IMG/VR virus record: IMGVR_UViG_3300023202_000142
Coordinates: 1-64,000 of that record
DNA length: 64,000 nucleotides
Strand: one strand, 5' to 3'
DNA from: a virus
Each line of letters begins with the position of its first letter. Positions within the stretch are counted from its first letter, which is position 1. Shown here one piece after another: positions 43,926-52,990 of the stretch. The notes under the pieces are model-generated. The model was given only the letters and a program-made list of their open reading frames with translations. It did not search any database and was not told where the DNA came from. A program made the position numbers and the translations under genes.

Positions 43926-44185
43926 ACTATCTTGATCTGGTGCCAGAGTCGTTGCGCGGTAAGACGTGGAGCGCTGCAGGCATGACACTTACTGACACCC
44001 ACCTCGCCAAAGTGGTCGAGAATCTTCATGTCGGAGATCCGCCTTACCGTGGCGTCGATATGCAGCGCAGCGGCCGCCGCTTCGATCGAGCTGCCCAACT
44101 GCTGAGGAAGGCCGGCGTCATCGAGTATGACCGCCACAAGACTCGCTGGGTCCTCAGTGAAGCCACGCTGGAGCGGATCGAGTAA
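43922..44185 (+). CDS. hypothetical protein (winged-helix-like C-terminus)
   Basis: abutting ORF. Confidence 0.55.
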   Translation: MNYLDLVPESLRGKTWSAAGMTLTDTHLAKVVENLHVGDPPYRGVDMQRSGRRFDRAAQLLRKAGVIEYDRHKTRWVLSEATLERIE

Positions 44186-44406
44186 TGAGGAAGGGTGAGG
44201 TCTACAGGTGGGCCCAGAAGAACGACCTGGATTGGTCCAGCGAGTTCTGTGACGGCCTTCAACGCGCTCTGGCCCACACCGGCGAATTGCGATCTGTACA
44301 GCTAACCATTCTGCGGTCGGCCTTCCAGGTGTTCGGTGGCGACACCTTCAGGGACGCCCAGAAGAAAATGCTGCAGCTCCGCAAGTTACGAGAAGAGCCG
44401 GAGTGA
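44185..44406 (+). CDS. hypothetical protein
   Basis: abutting ORF. Confidence 0.55.
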   Translation: MRKGEVYRWAQKNDLDWSSEFCDGLQRALAHTGELRSVQLTILRSAFQVFGGDTFRDAQKKMLQLRKLREEPE

Positions 44407-44520
44407 ACTGCCATCGCACCCGGGTGCAGAATCTGTCGCGCCGGACCAGCTCTGCACTTGGTTCGACGTCTGACATCATGCATGATGGGGCGGCCTACAG
44501 TGACCCCGTGAGGAGTAGAG

Positions 44521-44916
44521 ATGTCAGACGTGACCACAATGATCGAGAGCTTCCTCGGAGACGGCGGCCTCGCCCTGAACGAGGCGGCAAAGGCCAGCCC
44601 GGTGAGGACTAAGGTCAAAATGGCAAAAGACCTGGAGACTCGCCTCCTGAAGCCCCTCAAGAAAGAACTGAACTGCCTTGGGTGGACGGTGCCTGGAGCC
44701 GAAATCGGATTCATCAACAAGGGCGGGTTCACGCTCGACCTCAAGGTCAGCTACCCTTTTCATCCCGAGTTCCCGAAGGACCCCAAAAAGGTCGCCGGAG
44801 AACTGGAAGCGGCTGTCAAGAAGGCGCTTTCTACGCGGGGCCAGATGAAGATGGATGTGCTCAGCCGGTATGAGAAGGATCGCACCGCAAGTATCGACAT
44901 CGCGTTCTGGAAGTGA
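44521..44916 (+). CDS. hypothetical protein with CTS-like leader
   Basis: MSDVTTMIESFLGD...LNEA; GAGGAG SD. Confidence 0.65.
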   Translation: MSDVTTMIESFLGDGGLALNEAAKASPVRTKVKMAKDLETRLLKPLKKELNCLGWTVPGAEIGFINKGGFTLDLKVSYPFHPEFPKDPKKVAGELEAAVKKALSTRGQMKMDVLSRYEKDRTASIDIAFWK

Positions 44917-44919
44917 TCC

Positions 44920-45162
44920 ATGAACTTGATCGACCGAATCGATGCCCTCCTGGAGATGCGGCCACGCAAGGTACGCAAACGCCTGCGTAAGGCCGGCTGC
45001 AAGGAGCTGCGCCAGAAGGGCTCCCATCTCAGGGTGAGCTGCCCGCCGGACGACCGGAAATCCACGATCCCTGTCCACAAGGGCAAGGACATCAAGAAGG
45101 GCACCCTGAAATCGATCGAGAAGGACCTCGACATCGACATCGATGGTGACGGCAGACCCTGA
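44920..45162 (+). CDS. hicA: HicA-family mRNA interferase (orphan), with CTS-like leader
   Basis: LRKAGCKELRQKGSHLRV...TIPVHKGKDIKKGTLKSIEKD; catalytic GSH retained. Confidence 0.85.
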   Translation: MNLIDRIDALLEMRPRKVRKRLRKAGCKELRQKGSHLRVSCPPDDRKSTIPVHKGKDIKKGTLKSIEKDLDIDIDGDGRP

Positions 45163-45210
45163 CGCACCTCCCGGGTAGACGACCCGCCTTGTCGTGTGTA
45201 GTCTGTGCAC

Positions 45211-45990
45211 ATGGCACGACCTGACATCGAAACCGTTCGAACAGTCTGTTCAGACCCTGGCTGTGAAGCCGAGTACACCGACGTCGTTCAGTACGTCTCA
45301 CCCCTGAACCATCTATGGGAGTGCTCGAAATGCCGACGCATCGGGCACACCGTCGACACCTCTGGGATCGAGATCGTCAGTGGCCCTGATGCGGTCTGGA
45401 AGCGACCGCTGTTATACCTGGACCGGCCTGAAGCCCTCCTCGCATCCGTGAGACACTTCAACAGAGCCAATGAGCCCCGCAAGGCGGACATCCTCGCGGA
45501 CCTGCTTCCCGACACCTGGCTGATCGAAAGCAACCACGCCAAACCACCCGAGGAAAGGTATCGGTGTGATTTTCCCAGACACGTCAAGGACGCCCTGGTA
45601 ATGCCGGTGCGGACAAAGTCCGGCGACACCTGGTCACTAGTCGTCTGGAGACCCAATGATGTTCTCCGTGGCGCCTATCTCGTCGACAAGGCTCCGACAC
45701 CTGAGCGCAACGAGGTCGTCGAGGCAGTTCCGCCACTGAAGAAACCATGGACGCTCACGTTCAAGCGTCCGTCGAGGAGCCCGTCACCCTACATTGAAGA
45801 ATGGCTCAACAAATACCCTAACCAGCGCGGCTGGGGCGATCATCTGGCACTAGAAAAGCACCGTGAGGCCGTCAAAGACATTCTGGAGTCCGGCGTTGAG
45901 CCCGACGGGGTTACCGGGGTCTTGCTCAGAAAATACGGAGGTGCACCGAGCCCCACAGCGATTGAGGCGTTTATCAGGGAGCTGACGTGA
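45211..45990 (+). CDS. Zn-ribbon hypothetical protein, probably leaderless
   Basis: TAGTCT-GTGCAC-ATG. Confidence 0.65.
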   Translation: MARPDIETVRTVCSDPGCEAEYTDVVQYVSPLNHLWECSKCRRIGHTVDTSGIEIVSGPDAVWKRPLLYLDRPEALLASVRHFNRANEPRKADILADLLPDTWLIESNHAKPPEERYRCDFPRHVKDALVMPVRTKSGDTWSLVVWRPNDVLRGAYLVDKAPTPERNEVVEAVPPLKKPWTLTFKRPSRSPSPYIEEWLNKYPNQRGWGDHLALEKHREAVKDILESGVEPDGVTGVLLRKYGGAPSPTAIEAFIRELT

Positions 45991-46250
45991 GGGACGAGAG
46001 CAAGTTCAGAAGCCCATTTGGGCCGATTAAGTTGCCTGACCAGGCAATGAAGCCTTGGGGAACGGTCTTCTATCCCGACGGCTCGAAACGGCGCGTCTGG
46101 ATGATTTACGCTGCCTCCGGGGTGCCACTGGGATTCGCCTACCAGGTCTTTTGCAATCTGATCCCCCACGAACTCACCGAGATCAAGCCAATGGAGCAAC
46201 CCGTTGGTACTGTGTTTTTCGAGAACTACACGAGGAACCATGATCTCTGA
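45987..46250 (+). CDS. hypothetical protein
   Basis: abutting ORF. Confidence 0.55.
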   Translation: MRDESKFRSPFGPIKLPDQAMKPWGTVFYPDGSKRRVWMIYAASGVPLGFAYQVFCNLIPHELTEIKPMEQPVGTVFFENYTRNHDL

Positions 46251-46401
46251 CTGGTGGCATACCCTCACTGAACCCCCGGTCCTGTACGATATCGGGACAT
46301 TGAGTCACCCCCTGCTGGTATGGGCATGGACGTCTCAGGAGAAGATGCGCTGGGCGCTATTCATCGAAAAACGCTACCCCTCGAAACGGAGGTTTGATTG
46401 A
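46240..46401 (+). CDS. small hypothetical protein
   Basis: GAGGA SD. Confidence 0.45.
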   Translation: MISDWWHTLTEPPVLYDIGTLSHPLLVWAWTSQEKMRWALFIEKRYPSKRRFD

Positions 46402-46829
46402 AGCTCGTGATCGCAGGGTCCAGAGGTATCGTTTCACACGACCACTGGTCGAAGCTGATACAGCTCATCGAAGAACTCGCCGAACTGGCCGACTCCTACC
46501 CTACCGAGGTCTTGCACGGCGGCAACATGCAAAGCCCGGATCGATTCGGGAACGAGTTGGCCGCGTCGTATGACTGCCTGGAAGTCGTCATCGCACCGGA
46601 CTACGATGCCGCGCGACGTAAGGGCATCCCCACCAAAGCAGCACCACAGATTCGCAACAACCAGCTCGCCGACCGCGGCGACGCCCTGGTTGGTCTCTGG
46701 GATGGCCAGTCACCGGGCACCGAGTCGATGATGAAGCGGTTTAAGAAAGCGAGGAAGCCGTACCGGGTCTGGCGCGTCGACAACCACGAGATTCTCCGGT
46801 TCACTGATGCCCAGGTGAGTTTGTTTTGA
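46398..46829 (+). CDS. SLOG-family (DUF2493/YspA-like) protein
   Basis: MKLVIAGSR...EVLHGG...RNNQLADRGDALVGLWDGQSPGT. Confidence 0.75.
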   Translation: MKLVIAGSRGIVSHDHWSKLIQLIEELAELADSYPTEVLHGGNMQSPDRFGNELAASYDCLEVVIAPDYDAARRKGIPTKAAPQIRNNQLADRGDALVGLWDGQSPGTESMMKRFKKARKPYRVWRVDNHEILRFTDAQVSLF

Positions 46830-47074
46830 GCGATGACGGAGACATTCTGGTCCACGGCCTCGGCTTGACGCGCGACGAACTACGCGCCGGGATGCTCCGA
46901 CTGAAGATGTCGGGATGGCCGATTCATGACATCAGGGCCAGGATGGCATGCGACGGCAACCTCAGCCCTTGTCTCGGCTCAAGGGTCGCGGCAGAATGGG
47001 CCAACTGCAACGGAAAAGCGGATGATCATGAAGAGCAACGAGTTGACCGAGCGAATCGATCAGTTCCTGAGTGA
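46826..47074 (+). CDS. hypothetical protein
   Basis: abutting ORF; C-terminal end uncertain. Confidence 0.4.
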   Translation: MSDDGDILVHGLGLTRDELRAGMLRLKMSGWPIHDIRARMACDGNLSPCLGSRVAAEWANCNGKADDHEEQRVDRANRSVPE

Positions 47075-47410
47075 AGCCGGGATGCCCGTCTACTCGGACA
47101 CCCTCTGTCCGCAGAGGAGTTCGCTGAGAGGCTTTACGCGATCGAGGACTGGCTCACCAGCGCGGCGAGCGATGTGAAGGCGATCCGAAAGACGATTGAA
47201 GGGAGCCGACGGTCCGCGAAGCGAAATATCAAGCCGAATGATCCTCCGTTCAAGAAGTTCTGGGCAGGCGTCCCCGTCAAGAAAGTGTTCCAGCGGTTTG
47301 CGTTGATCGGGGCCAAAAACACCCGCGGTGACCTCAAGAAGGCCCGCGAGGCATACGATGAGCTGCTTAAGGACTTCCAGGCCACCATGAAGCACTTCAA
47401 CATCCGATGA
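47028..47410 (+). pseudogene. frameshifted gene with CTS-like leader (CT duplication at ~47103-47106)
   Basis: MKSNELTERIDQFLSEAGMPVYSDT joins LSAEEFAERLYAIEDWLTSAASDVKAIRK... if one CT of CTCT is removed. Confidence 0.6.
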
Positions 47411-47949
47411 GCCTCATCGAAACCATAGATGTCCTCCTGGAGCGCGACGATTACTTCGACGACCCCAGTTTCGTCTGGGCCACCTTGCTCGACAACGCGT
47501 TCGACACCCCAATGCGATCGATCCGGCAATCGGTAAAGCACCACCCCTTCGCACACCGTCACGCCTTCGCCATGATGGTGCGCAGCGACGAGCACTGGGA
47601 GCGCTTCAACTACGAAGAGGATCTCATCCTTGGCGCCCTGCTTCATCTGGCAAAGAAGCACAGACCGCTCAAGAAGTCCGTCAAGGCCATCAAGAAAGAC
47701 CTGCGACTGGGGAGCAAGAGAGCTTCGAAAAGCGATGTCGAGGAGCGCACCGGCATGTCGCCCCGTGAATGGGAGCGTGAGTACGAAAAATACATCGATA
47801 AGTGGATGGACCGCGAAGACGACGGCGTGCTCCGCGAGCTATCTATCTCCCCTGACAACATTGATTCGATCGGTGACCTGGAGCCCGACCAGGCGCGCAA
47901 GGCCAGAAAGTGGATCACCGACTACCAGAAGAAACAGGGCTGGAGATGA
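47407..47949 (+). CDS. hypothetical protein with CTS-like leader
   Basis: MSLIETIDVLLER. Confidence 0.65.
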   Translation: MSLIETIDVLLERDDYFDDPSFVWATLLDNAFDTPMRSIRQSVKHHPFAHRHAFAMMVRSDEHWERFNYEEDLILGALLHLAKKHRPLKKSVKAIKKDLRLGSKRASKSDVEERTGMSPREWEREYEKYIDKWMDREDDGVLRELSISPDNIDSIGDLEPDQARKARKWITDYQKKQGWR

Positions 47950-48317
47950 ACGTTGTAGGCGAGGCTGAACGCCTTCTCAGCGAAGCAGAAGACGATCTGC
48001 CGAGTCTTGAAGACTGGATCAACCGTGACCCCTTCTCGCGGGGAAAGAAGCGCCTGCAGCGCGAGAGAAAGGCCCTGAAAAAGAAGTGGGAGCGTGAGGT
48101 ATCCCGTGATCGCGCGCGCCTTCGAGGCGCAAGAAACGTCGTCGACAAGATCGCCGGCGATATGGGGCCGGAATGGAAGGACGAGGGCTACACTGACGCC
48201 GAGGTCGAATCGACAGCGTTCGGCACTGCGCACGACATGAGACCCGACCTTCGCTGGTGGTTGATCTGGAACCAGCACCGTGAAATCCCGCTGAAGTCGA
48301 TCCCGCTTCGCTGGTGA
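47946..48317 (+). CDS. hypothetical protein with CTS-like leader
   Basis: MNVVGEAERLLSEA; GGAG SD. Confidence 0.6.
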   Translation: MNVVGEAERLLSEAEDDLPSLEDWINRDPFSRGKKRLQRERKALKKKWEREVSRDRARLRGARNVVDKIAGDMGPEWKDEGYTDAEVESTAFGTAHDMRPDLRWWLIWNQHREIPLKSIPLRW

Positions 48318-48902
48318 CTACAGCGGTCGCATCCCCATCGACACCCTGAACTGCGAGATGAACTGCTTCACTGTGGGGATTTTCGCTCCGGTCTGATTGC
48401 GCAGCACCATCGCCGCCTTCATGAGGTCGTCAGCCTTGATGTGCTTCCTGGCCTTCTTGACGACCGTCTGCGGCCACAGTCGATTGGACTGGTCACTGGG
48501 GTGCCACGGGACGCCGCTGACGGTCTCCCACAGCAGGCTGGAGTTCTGGACGATGTTGCGGCCGGTCAGCAGGCGCTTGGCCTTCGATACCTGGACAACC
48601 TTCGCTGACGACAGCTTGATCGAGTCAGCGTGCCAGATCACTTCCTCGGGGTAGACGACCTGGGGATCCTGCTTCGTGGTGAAGATGACCGCGAAATTCC
48701 GGCTCGTCGCACGGCCGAGCTTGGTGGTTGCTACGCCGCCTACGAACTTGCCGCCCTCAGCCACCGCGTAGACCCCGTTCACGATGCTCGATTTATCTAG
48801 TCGTCGGGAGGACGCGATGGCCTCAGCTCCGACCTGGTCGGAAAAGTGGACGTAACGGACCTGGCGCGCTTCAAGCAAGATGTCAACGGCCTCAACGAGC
48901 AT
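48318..48902 (-). CDS. hypothetical protein with CTS-like leader
   Basis: MLVEAVDILLEAR; lone (-) gene; YAV...G.F..G.ATT...AV.F.T pattern faintly ART/Tox-like but not assigned. Confidence 0.6.
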   Translation of the reverse strand: MLVEAVDILLEARQVRYVHFSDQVGAEAIASSRRLDKSSIVNGVYAVAEGGKFVGGVATTKLGRATSRNFAVIFTTKQDPQVVYPEEVIWHADSIKLSSAKVVQVSKAKRLLTGRNIVQNSSLLWETVSGVPWHPSDQSNRLWPQTVVKKARKHIKADDLMKAAMVLRNQTGAKIPTVKQFISQFRVSMGMRPL

Positions 48903-49006
48903 GTCGGCGATTCTCTCCGACAAGCCCCGGAGACGCAACAGGTTGCTGTCTGCTGTCCCGTTGGGTACGTTCGGGGGACAGAGAAGACCATGCAAGGGAG
49001 AAGACC

Positions 49007-49633
49007 ATGCAAGTACGCGACAAGACGTCCGTAACGATCGACATCAGCGTCGAAGCTGGTGCTGGAGAAGACCTCGAAGTGGACATCCTGGAGGACAAGA
49101 ACCAGGAGCCGAGGATCGAAGCAGGCAAAGTTGTCGAGACTGGACTGCCTCCGCTCGATACCCTGGGGCGGGTAGCCAAGGTGCTCCGAAATGAGGAGGC
49201 CATGGCATTTCAGCGAGTCAGGCCGGGCACTTCCACCACCTTCGAGGTCGAGCCAGGTGACTCGATCCTGTTGACCCGCAACGGGAACAAACGAGTGCAC
49301 GTGCACCAGCTTGGGGAACATCAGTTCCTCGTTACGCGCGATGAACTCAAGCGTGTCATCGGCATGGTTGCCGAACTGAAGCCCGACGCCCTACAGCTAC
49401 TCCTGAAGCTCATCGAGCCCGCGGAGTTCTCGATGGAGCTACTGCGCTTCGCCATCGAGCAGGCGCGCGAAGGTGTCGAGCCCGACGAGCCCGACGAAGA
49501 ACGCTATGCTCGTTTCGCGCGCGAAGCGTTGCAGCGATCAGGTGGAGAGAACAACATTCTCCACAGCATGGCCAAGAGCATCGATGAAGCATCGAAACGC
49601 GATCCGCTGGAGCCGCCTAGCTTCGACGAGTAG
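49007..49633 (+). CDS. hypothetical protein
   Basis: second of two duplicated GAGAAGACCATG starts is in frame. Confidence 0.6.
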   Translation: MQVRDKTSVTIDISVEAGAGEDLEVDILEDKNQEPRIEAGKVVETGLPPLDTLGRVAKVLRNEEAMAFQRVRPGTSTTFEVEPGDSILLTRNGNKRVHVHQLGEHQFLVTRDELKRVIGMVAELKPDALQLLLKLIEPAEFSMELLRFAIEQAREGVEPDEPDEERYARFAREALQRSGGENNILHSMAKSIDEASKRDPLEPPSFDE

Positions 49634-49671
49634 GGGTCGATTCGATCGGCCGCTGGGGGTAGGATGCCAGC

Positions 49672-50394
49672 ATGAATATTATCGAACACATCGACGCGCT
49701 GCTTGAAGCCAAAGTTCGCTGGAAGTGGCCGACCAAGAAGCAGCTCGTTGATGAGTTCGAGACCGAGCCCTGGATCCGATCGCTGTTCGGCGGTGACATT
49801 TCCTGGGTTCGAGACGGGACCTACGACGACAGTTCCGCGAAGAGGTTTTTCCTCGATCACCTCAAAAAGGTCTCAAAGACCAAGGTGTTCAAGAAACCAC
49901 CGCGCGGGATCGAGTTCCACAAGGCCGACTCGATCGACAAGCTGGCGCAGAAAACCGAGTACATGGGCAAGGACGTCCAGTCATTAGCTGATGCGATGAA
50001 ACGCGGCGGCAGTCTCCCCATGCCGATCCTCGTCAAGTCCGGTGGCACCTACAAAATGCTCGGTGGTCGCACCAGGTTCGGTGTCGCATCGATTTTAGGA
50101 ACCCCCGTGAAAGCAATTGTCGTTGACCTCAAGAGGCTCGCCGGTGCCCTTCAGGAATGGGCTCGCGATGAGTTCATTCACAACCCGAAAGGGATCATAG
50201 CGAAGGCGCCTGTGACTGCCGAGGAGCGCGAGGAGTGGTACGACTGGGTCTGGGGCGGCCAACGCGGCCCGATGCCCCTGGAGGGGCTAGAGAAGCGCTG
50301 GGACCTCAGTTTCTCCAAGGTCTGGGCGAGCCTGTTCGCACGCCAGTTCGACAAGATGGATCTCAAAGAGACGTTCAAAAGCAAGAGGGGCTGA
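49672..50394 (+). CDS. ParB/sulfiredoxin-like domain protein with CTS-like leader
   Basis: SLADAMKRGGSLPMPILV...YKMLGGRTRF...VKAIVVD; MNIIEHIDALLEA. Confidence 0.65.
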   Translation: MNIIEHIDALLEAKVRWKWPTKKQLVDEFETEPWIRSLFGGDISWVRDGTYDDSSAKRFFLDHLKKVSKTKVFKKPPRGIEFHKADSIDKLAQKTEYMGKDVQSLADAMKRGGSLPMPILVKSGGTYKMLGGRTRFGVASILGTPVKAIVVDLKRLAGALQEWARDEFIHNPKGIIAKAPVTAEEREEWYDWVWGGQRGPMPLEGLEKRWDLSFSKVWASLFARQFDKMDLKETFKSKRG

Positions 50395-50783
50395 TGCTGG
50401 TTGAAGACGTAGATCGTCTGCTGGAGGCAAGGGAATACGCTTACGGGGCCCAGAACAGACCTGTCGCAACAGCTCAGGTGCCTGATGGCTGGATCGACAC
50501 CCGCAAGGATCGCCGCTTCAGGCATGGTGTGGTTGTCTACAAGAAGCCGCTGAGCGATCGCGAGGTCAGAAACTTCCAGCTCACCCCGTTGATTCCGCGC
50601 CGCGACCTTGCAAAACAGATCGCCCAAGAGATCGACTACCCCGAAGCCTACGTCGAGATCTACGATGACGATCCCCGGGAATTCGCGTCGATGCTACAGA
50701 TGCTCGACCTGCCAGATGCCAGAGCGATCGAAGGGGACAATGACCGGAAATTGCATGCCATGATCATCAAAGAGCTGAAATGA
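50394..50783 (+). CDS. DarA_C-like domain protein with CTS-like leader (putative)
   Basis: YAYGAQNRP...VPDG...FRHGVVVYKKPLSDREVRNFQLTPL resembles the 'defence against restriction A C-terminal' module; MLVEDVDRLLEAR. Confidence 0.55.
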   Translation: MLVEDVDRLLEAREYAYGAQNRPVATAQVPDGWIDTRKDRRFRHGVVVYKKPLSDREVRNFQLTPLIPRRDLAKQIAQEIDYPEAYVEIYDDDPREFASMLQMLDLPDARAIEGDNDRKLHAMIIKELK

Positions 50784-51106
50784 ACCTCAACCCCGGAATT
50801 CGTCGTCTCGTCGCCTGGCTCAACGAGCACAACTTCAAGACCATTGATTCCGGTGACGGTGCAACCCATGACCACGAGTGCGACCGCGATCATCCCTACG
50901 TTGTCATCCAGCTCGAAGCCCCTGCGTTCATCGAGTGGCACGCCAGTCGTCTGAAACAGCTCCTCGAAAACGAGGGGATCGAATTCGATCCGGCGCAACC
51001 CCACGGGCCCTTCCTGCAGGCAAACTACAGTCCCGTGGACGGTTACGCGTTCCTCGAAGTGCTCAACCTGACCGACGACATGATCTGGCCCGCAGAAGAC
51101 GCGTGA
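50780..51106 (+). CDS. hypothetical phage protein
   Basis: IRRLVAWLNEHNFKTIDSGDG. Confidence 0.6.
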   Translation: MNLNPGIRRLVAWLNEHNFKTIDSGDGATHDHECDRDHPYVVIQLEAPAFIEWHASRLKQLLENEGIEFDPAQPHGPFLQANYSPVDGYAFLEVLNLTDDMIWPAEDA

Positions 51107-51140
51107 CAGCGTTTCAGCACATGTGTAGTCTGTGCACATC

Positions 51141-51542
51141 ATGGGTACGGACCTCTACTATCACATCGAACGCCAACTCGAAGACGGCTCATGGGAGACC
51201 GTCGACTGGCGCGATTACGACCTCGATCTGATCCCGCGCGCCTACGTGTTCTACGGTATCCTGGATGGTACCAGACACGATCTACCGGAAGACCTGAACC
51301 CCATCGTGCCTGAGCCGCGCGGATGGCCACCGCATACCAGAAAGGGTCGTGGGCTGACCTGGGATCACATGTACGGTCACTCCTGGGTAACGGCTGACGA
51401 GATCCGTGAATGGCCAGGCTGGGCTCATGGGTGCAGGAACGACAATCAAACATATCGAGAGCGCGCCGGCGGTATTGCTGATGCGGTCATCGAAGTGCTG
51501 GAGAAAAATGCGCCAGCTCGACTCTACTTTTGCTACGACTAA
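51141..51542 (+). CDS. hypothetical phage protein
   Basis: MGTDLY..IER...EPRGWP...HSWVT..EI...RLYFCYD. Confidence 0.65.
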   Translation: MGTDLYYHIERQLEDGSWETVDWRDYDLDLIPRAYVFYGILDGTRHDLPEDLNPIVPEPRGWPPHTRKGRGLTWDHMYGHSWVTADEIREWPGWAHGCRNDNQTYRERAGGIADAVIEVLEKNAPARLYFCYD

Positions 51543-52357
51543 TGAACGAAGCCGAACTTTGCGCACTCTTCGCCGAAGCTGCCCGCCAGGACGGTTGGAC
51601 GGTCTACCCCGAGGTCAACGACTGGGATCTCGTGTTGGTCTGGAACAACCCGGACGGTCGACCCAAGGCCGCACTGCAGAGGTATGGTCGCAGCGATCTC
51701 GGGTTCGCCGTCCGGCAAGGCGACATCATCGCAATCGAAGCAAAGTCTCGCGCGACTACCGCAGCACTGATGCAGGCGCACAAACGTCAAATGCCACCGG
51801 CCACGACGGCGCGAACCAGGAAGGGCCCGGACTTCAAAGCCGTCCTGGTGCCAAAGGCGCCAAAGGGGTTCAAATATGTTGCCGGTGAGATGGAGCTGGG
51901 CGTCTTCACGTCGCACAACTACGAAGAGCAGAAGCCTGGTGGACGCCGCTGGAAGTGGACGGACCCCTGGCGCGTCCCAATAGAGCCGGCCTTTCAGCTC
52001 CGGCTAACGGAGCGCTGGGCAGGCAAGATGTGGCTACCCCCGGTGGTCCCCGAGAACGACGCCGGGGTGCCCTCGCCTACATCGTTGACCCCCTGGCGGG
52101 TCAAGGCGTTGAAGATATGCGCGCTCCTGCGCACGCGTGGTGGCGTGACCTCCGCGGACTTCAACGAGATCGGTATCTCGATCACGAGGTGGCGCAACAA
52201 CGGTCGTTACTCATGGCTTGTCGACTCCGGCGAGCGCGACGGGAATCGCTACATCTACGTTTTGCCAGACGAACTGCCTGATGATTTCCCTGACATCGGC
52301 TGGGAGGCCGAACGCGATCTGATCTGGGAACAGCATCTCGCGCAAGAAGAGGAGTAG
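51542..52357 (+). CDS. PD-(D/E)xK nuclease-like protein (putative)
   Basis: WDLVLV...IIAIEAK. Confidence 0.5.
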   Translation: MNEAELCALFAEAARQDGWTVYPEVNDWDLVLVWNNPDGRPKAALQRYGRSDLGFAVRQGDIIAIEAKSRATTAALMQAHKRQMPPATTARTRKGPDFKAVLVPKAPKGFKYVAGEMELGVFTSHNYEEQKPGGRRWKWTDPWRVPIEPAFQLRLTERWAGKMWLPPVVPENDAGVPSPTSLTPWRVKALKICALLRTRGGVTSADFNEIGISITRWRNNGRYSWLVDSGERDGNRYIYVLPDELPDDFPDIGWEAERDLIWEQHLAQEEE

Positions 52358-52426
52358 CTTGACACTGTGCAATACGTGCACTAATTCTGGGTGCGAGGAG
52401 ATCACCCCACTCCCGCCCCCTGGAGG
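52358..52426 (+). promoter_or_regulatory. promoter cassette + UTR hairpin + SD
   Basis: TTGACA-CTGTGCAATACGTGCAC-TAATTC; loop ATCACCCCA; GGAGGTAGC. Confidence 0.75.
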
Positions 52427-52431
52427 TAGCC

Positions 52432-52668
52432 ATGAGCCGCCGAAAAGCCGAAAACATTGCCCACCGCCTCTACTACGATGATGAGGTCTACGGCACCGAC
52501 TGTGTCTGCGCCAACGCCCACGTCGCATCTCGCGGTCGCGTCGACACCGACGATATCTCCACTACGACACTTCGCCGACTCGATCGCTATGGTCTCGTCA
52601 GCGTTGAAGGTGACGACGTGTTCAGCACTGAACTAGGCTGTCACGTCGATGTCGTCATTCACCACTGA
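52432..52668 (+). CDS. hypothetical protein
   Basis: GGAGGTAGC SD. Confidence 0.6.
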   Translation: MSRRKAENIAHRLYYDDEVYGTDCVCANAHVASRGRVDTDDISTTTLRRLDRYGLVSVEGDDVFSTELGCHVDVVIHH

Positions 52669-52682
52669 GCCGAGAGGATTCA

Positions 52683-52913
52683 ATGGCCTACCACGCCCGA
52701 AACGGAGTCTCTGTTAACGTCACCCCAATGGGAGTTCGGTCCAAAGTTCGCGTACGAGCCCCAGGGATGGATACATTCCATTTCTACTCCAGCAGTGTGC
52801 CCGACGCGCACAAGCGGCTCACCGTCGAAGCTGACGCGCTTGAGGCTGAAGGCTACACAGGATCTGCTGCTGCGCTGCGGCGGATCGCTGAAGATGCATT
52901 TCCCACTGCTTGA
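52683..52913 (+). CDS. hypothetical protein
   Basis: GAGGA SD. Confidence 0.6.
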   Translation: MAYHARNGVSVNVTPMGVRSKVRVRAPGMDTFHFYSSSVPDAHKRLTVEADALEAEGYTGSAAALRRIAEDAFPTA

Positions 52914-52971
52914 CGGTGTGCAATCCGTGCACACATTACACTTGCCCGGGACGGGTCACCCCGCCTGTCCC
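52909..52971 (+). promoter_or_regulatory. promoter cassette + UTR hairpin
   Basis: TTGACG-GTGTGCAATCCGTGCACA; GGGACGGG/CCTGTCCC stem, loop TCACCCCG. Confidence 0.75.
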
Positions 52972-52990
52972 ATCACCAGAGGAGGTAGCG

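Noticed and set aside
44521-44916. Upstream neighbour of hicA as HicB antitoxin
   Set aside because: No HicB N-terminal motif or DNA-binding C-terminus; it instead carries the shared CTS-like leader.
49295-49306. GTGCACGTGCAC inside ORF 49007
   Set aside because: Zero spacing instead of N3, encodes VHVH, and no matching -35/-10 geometry; probably coding coincidence.
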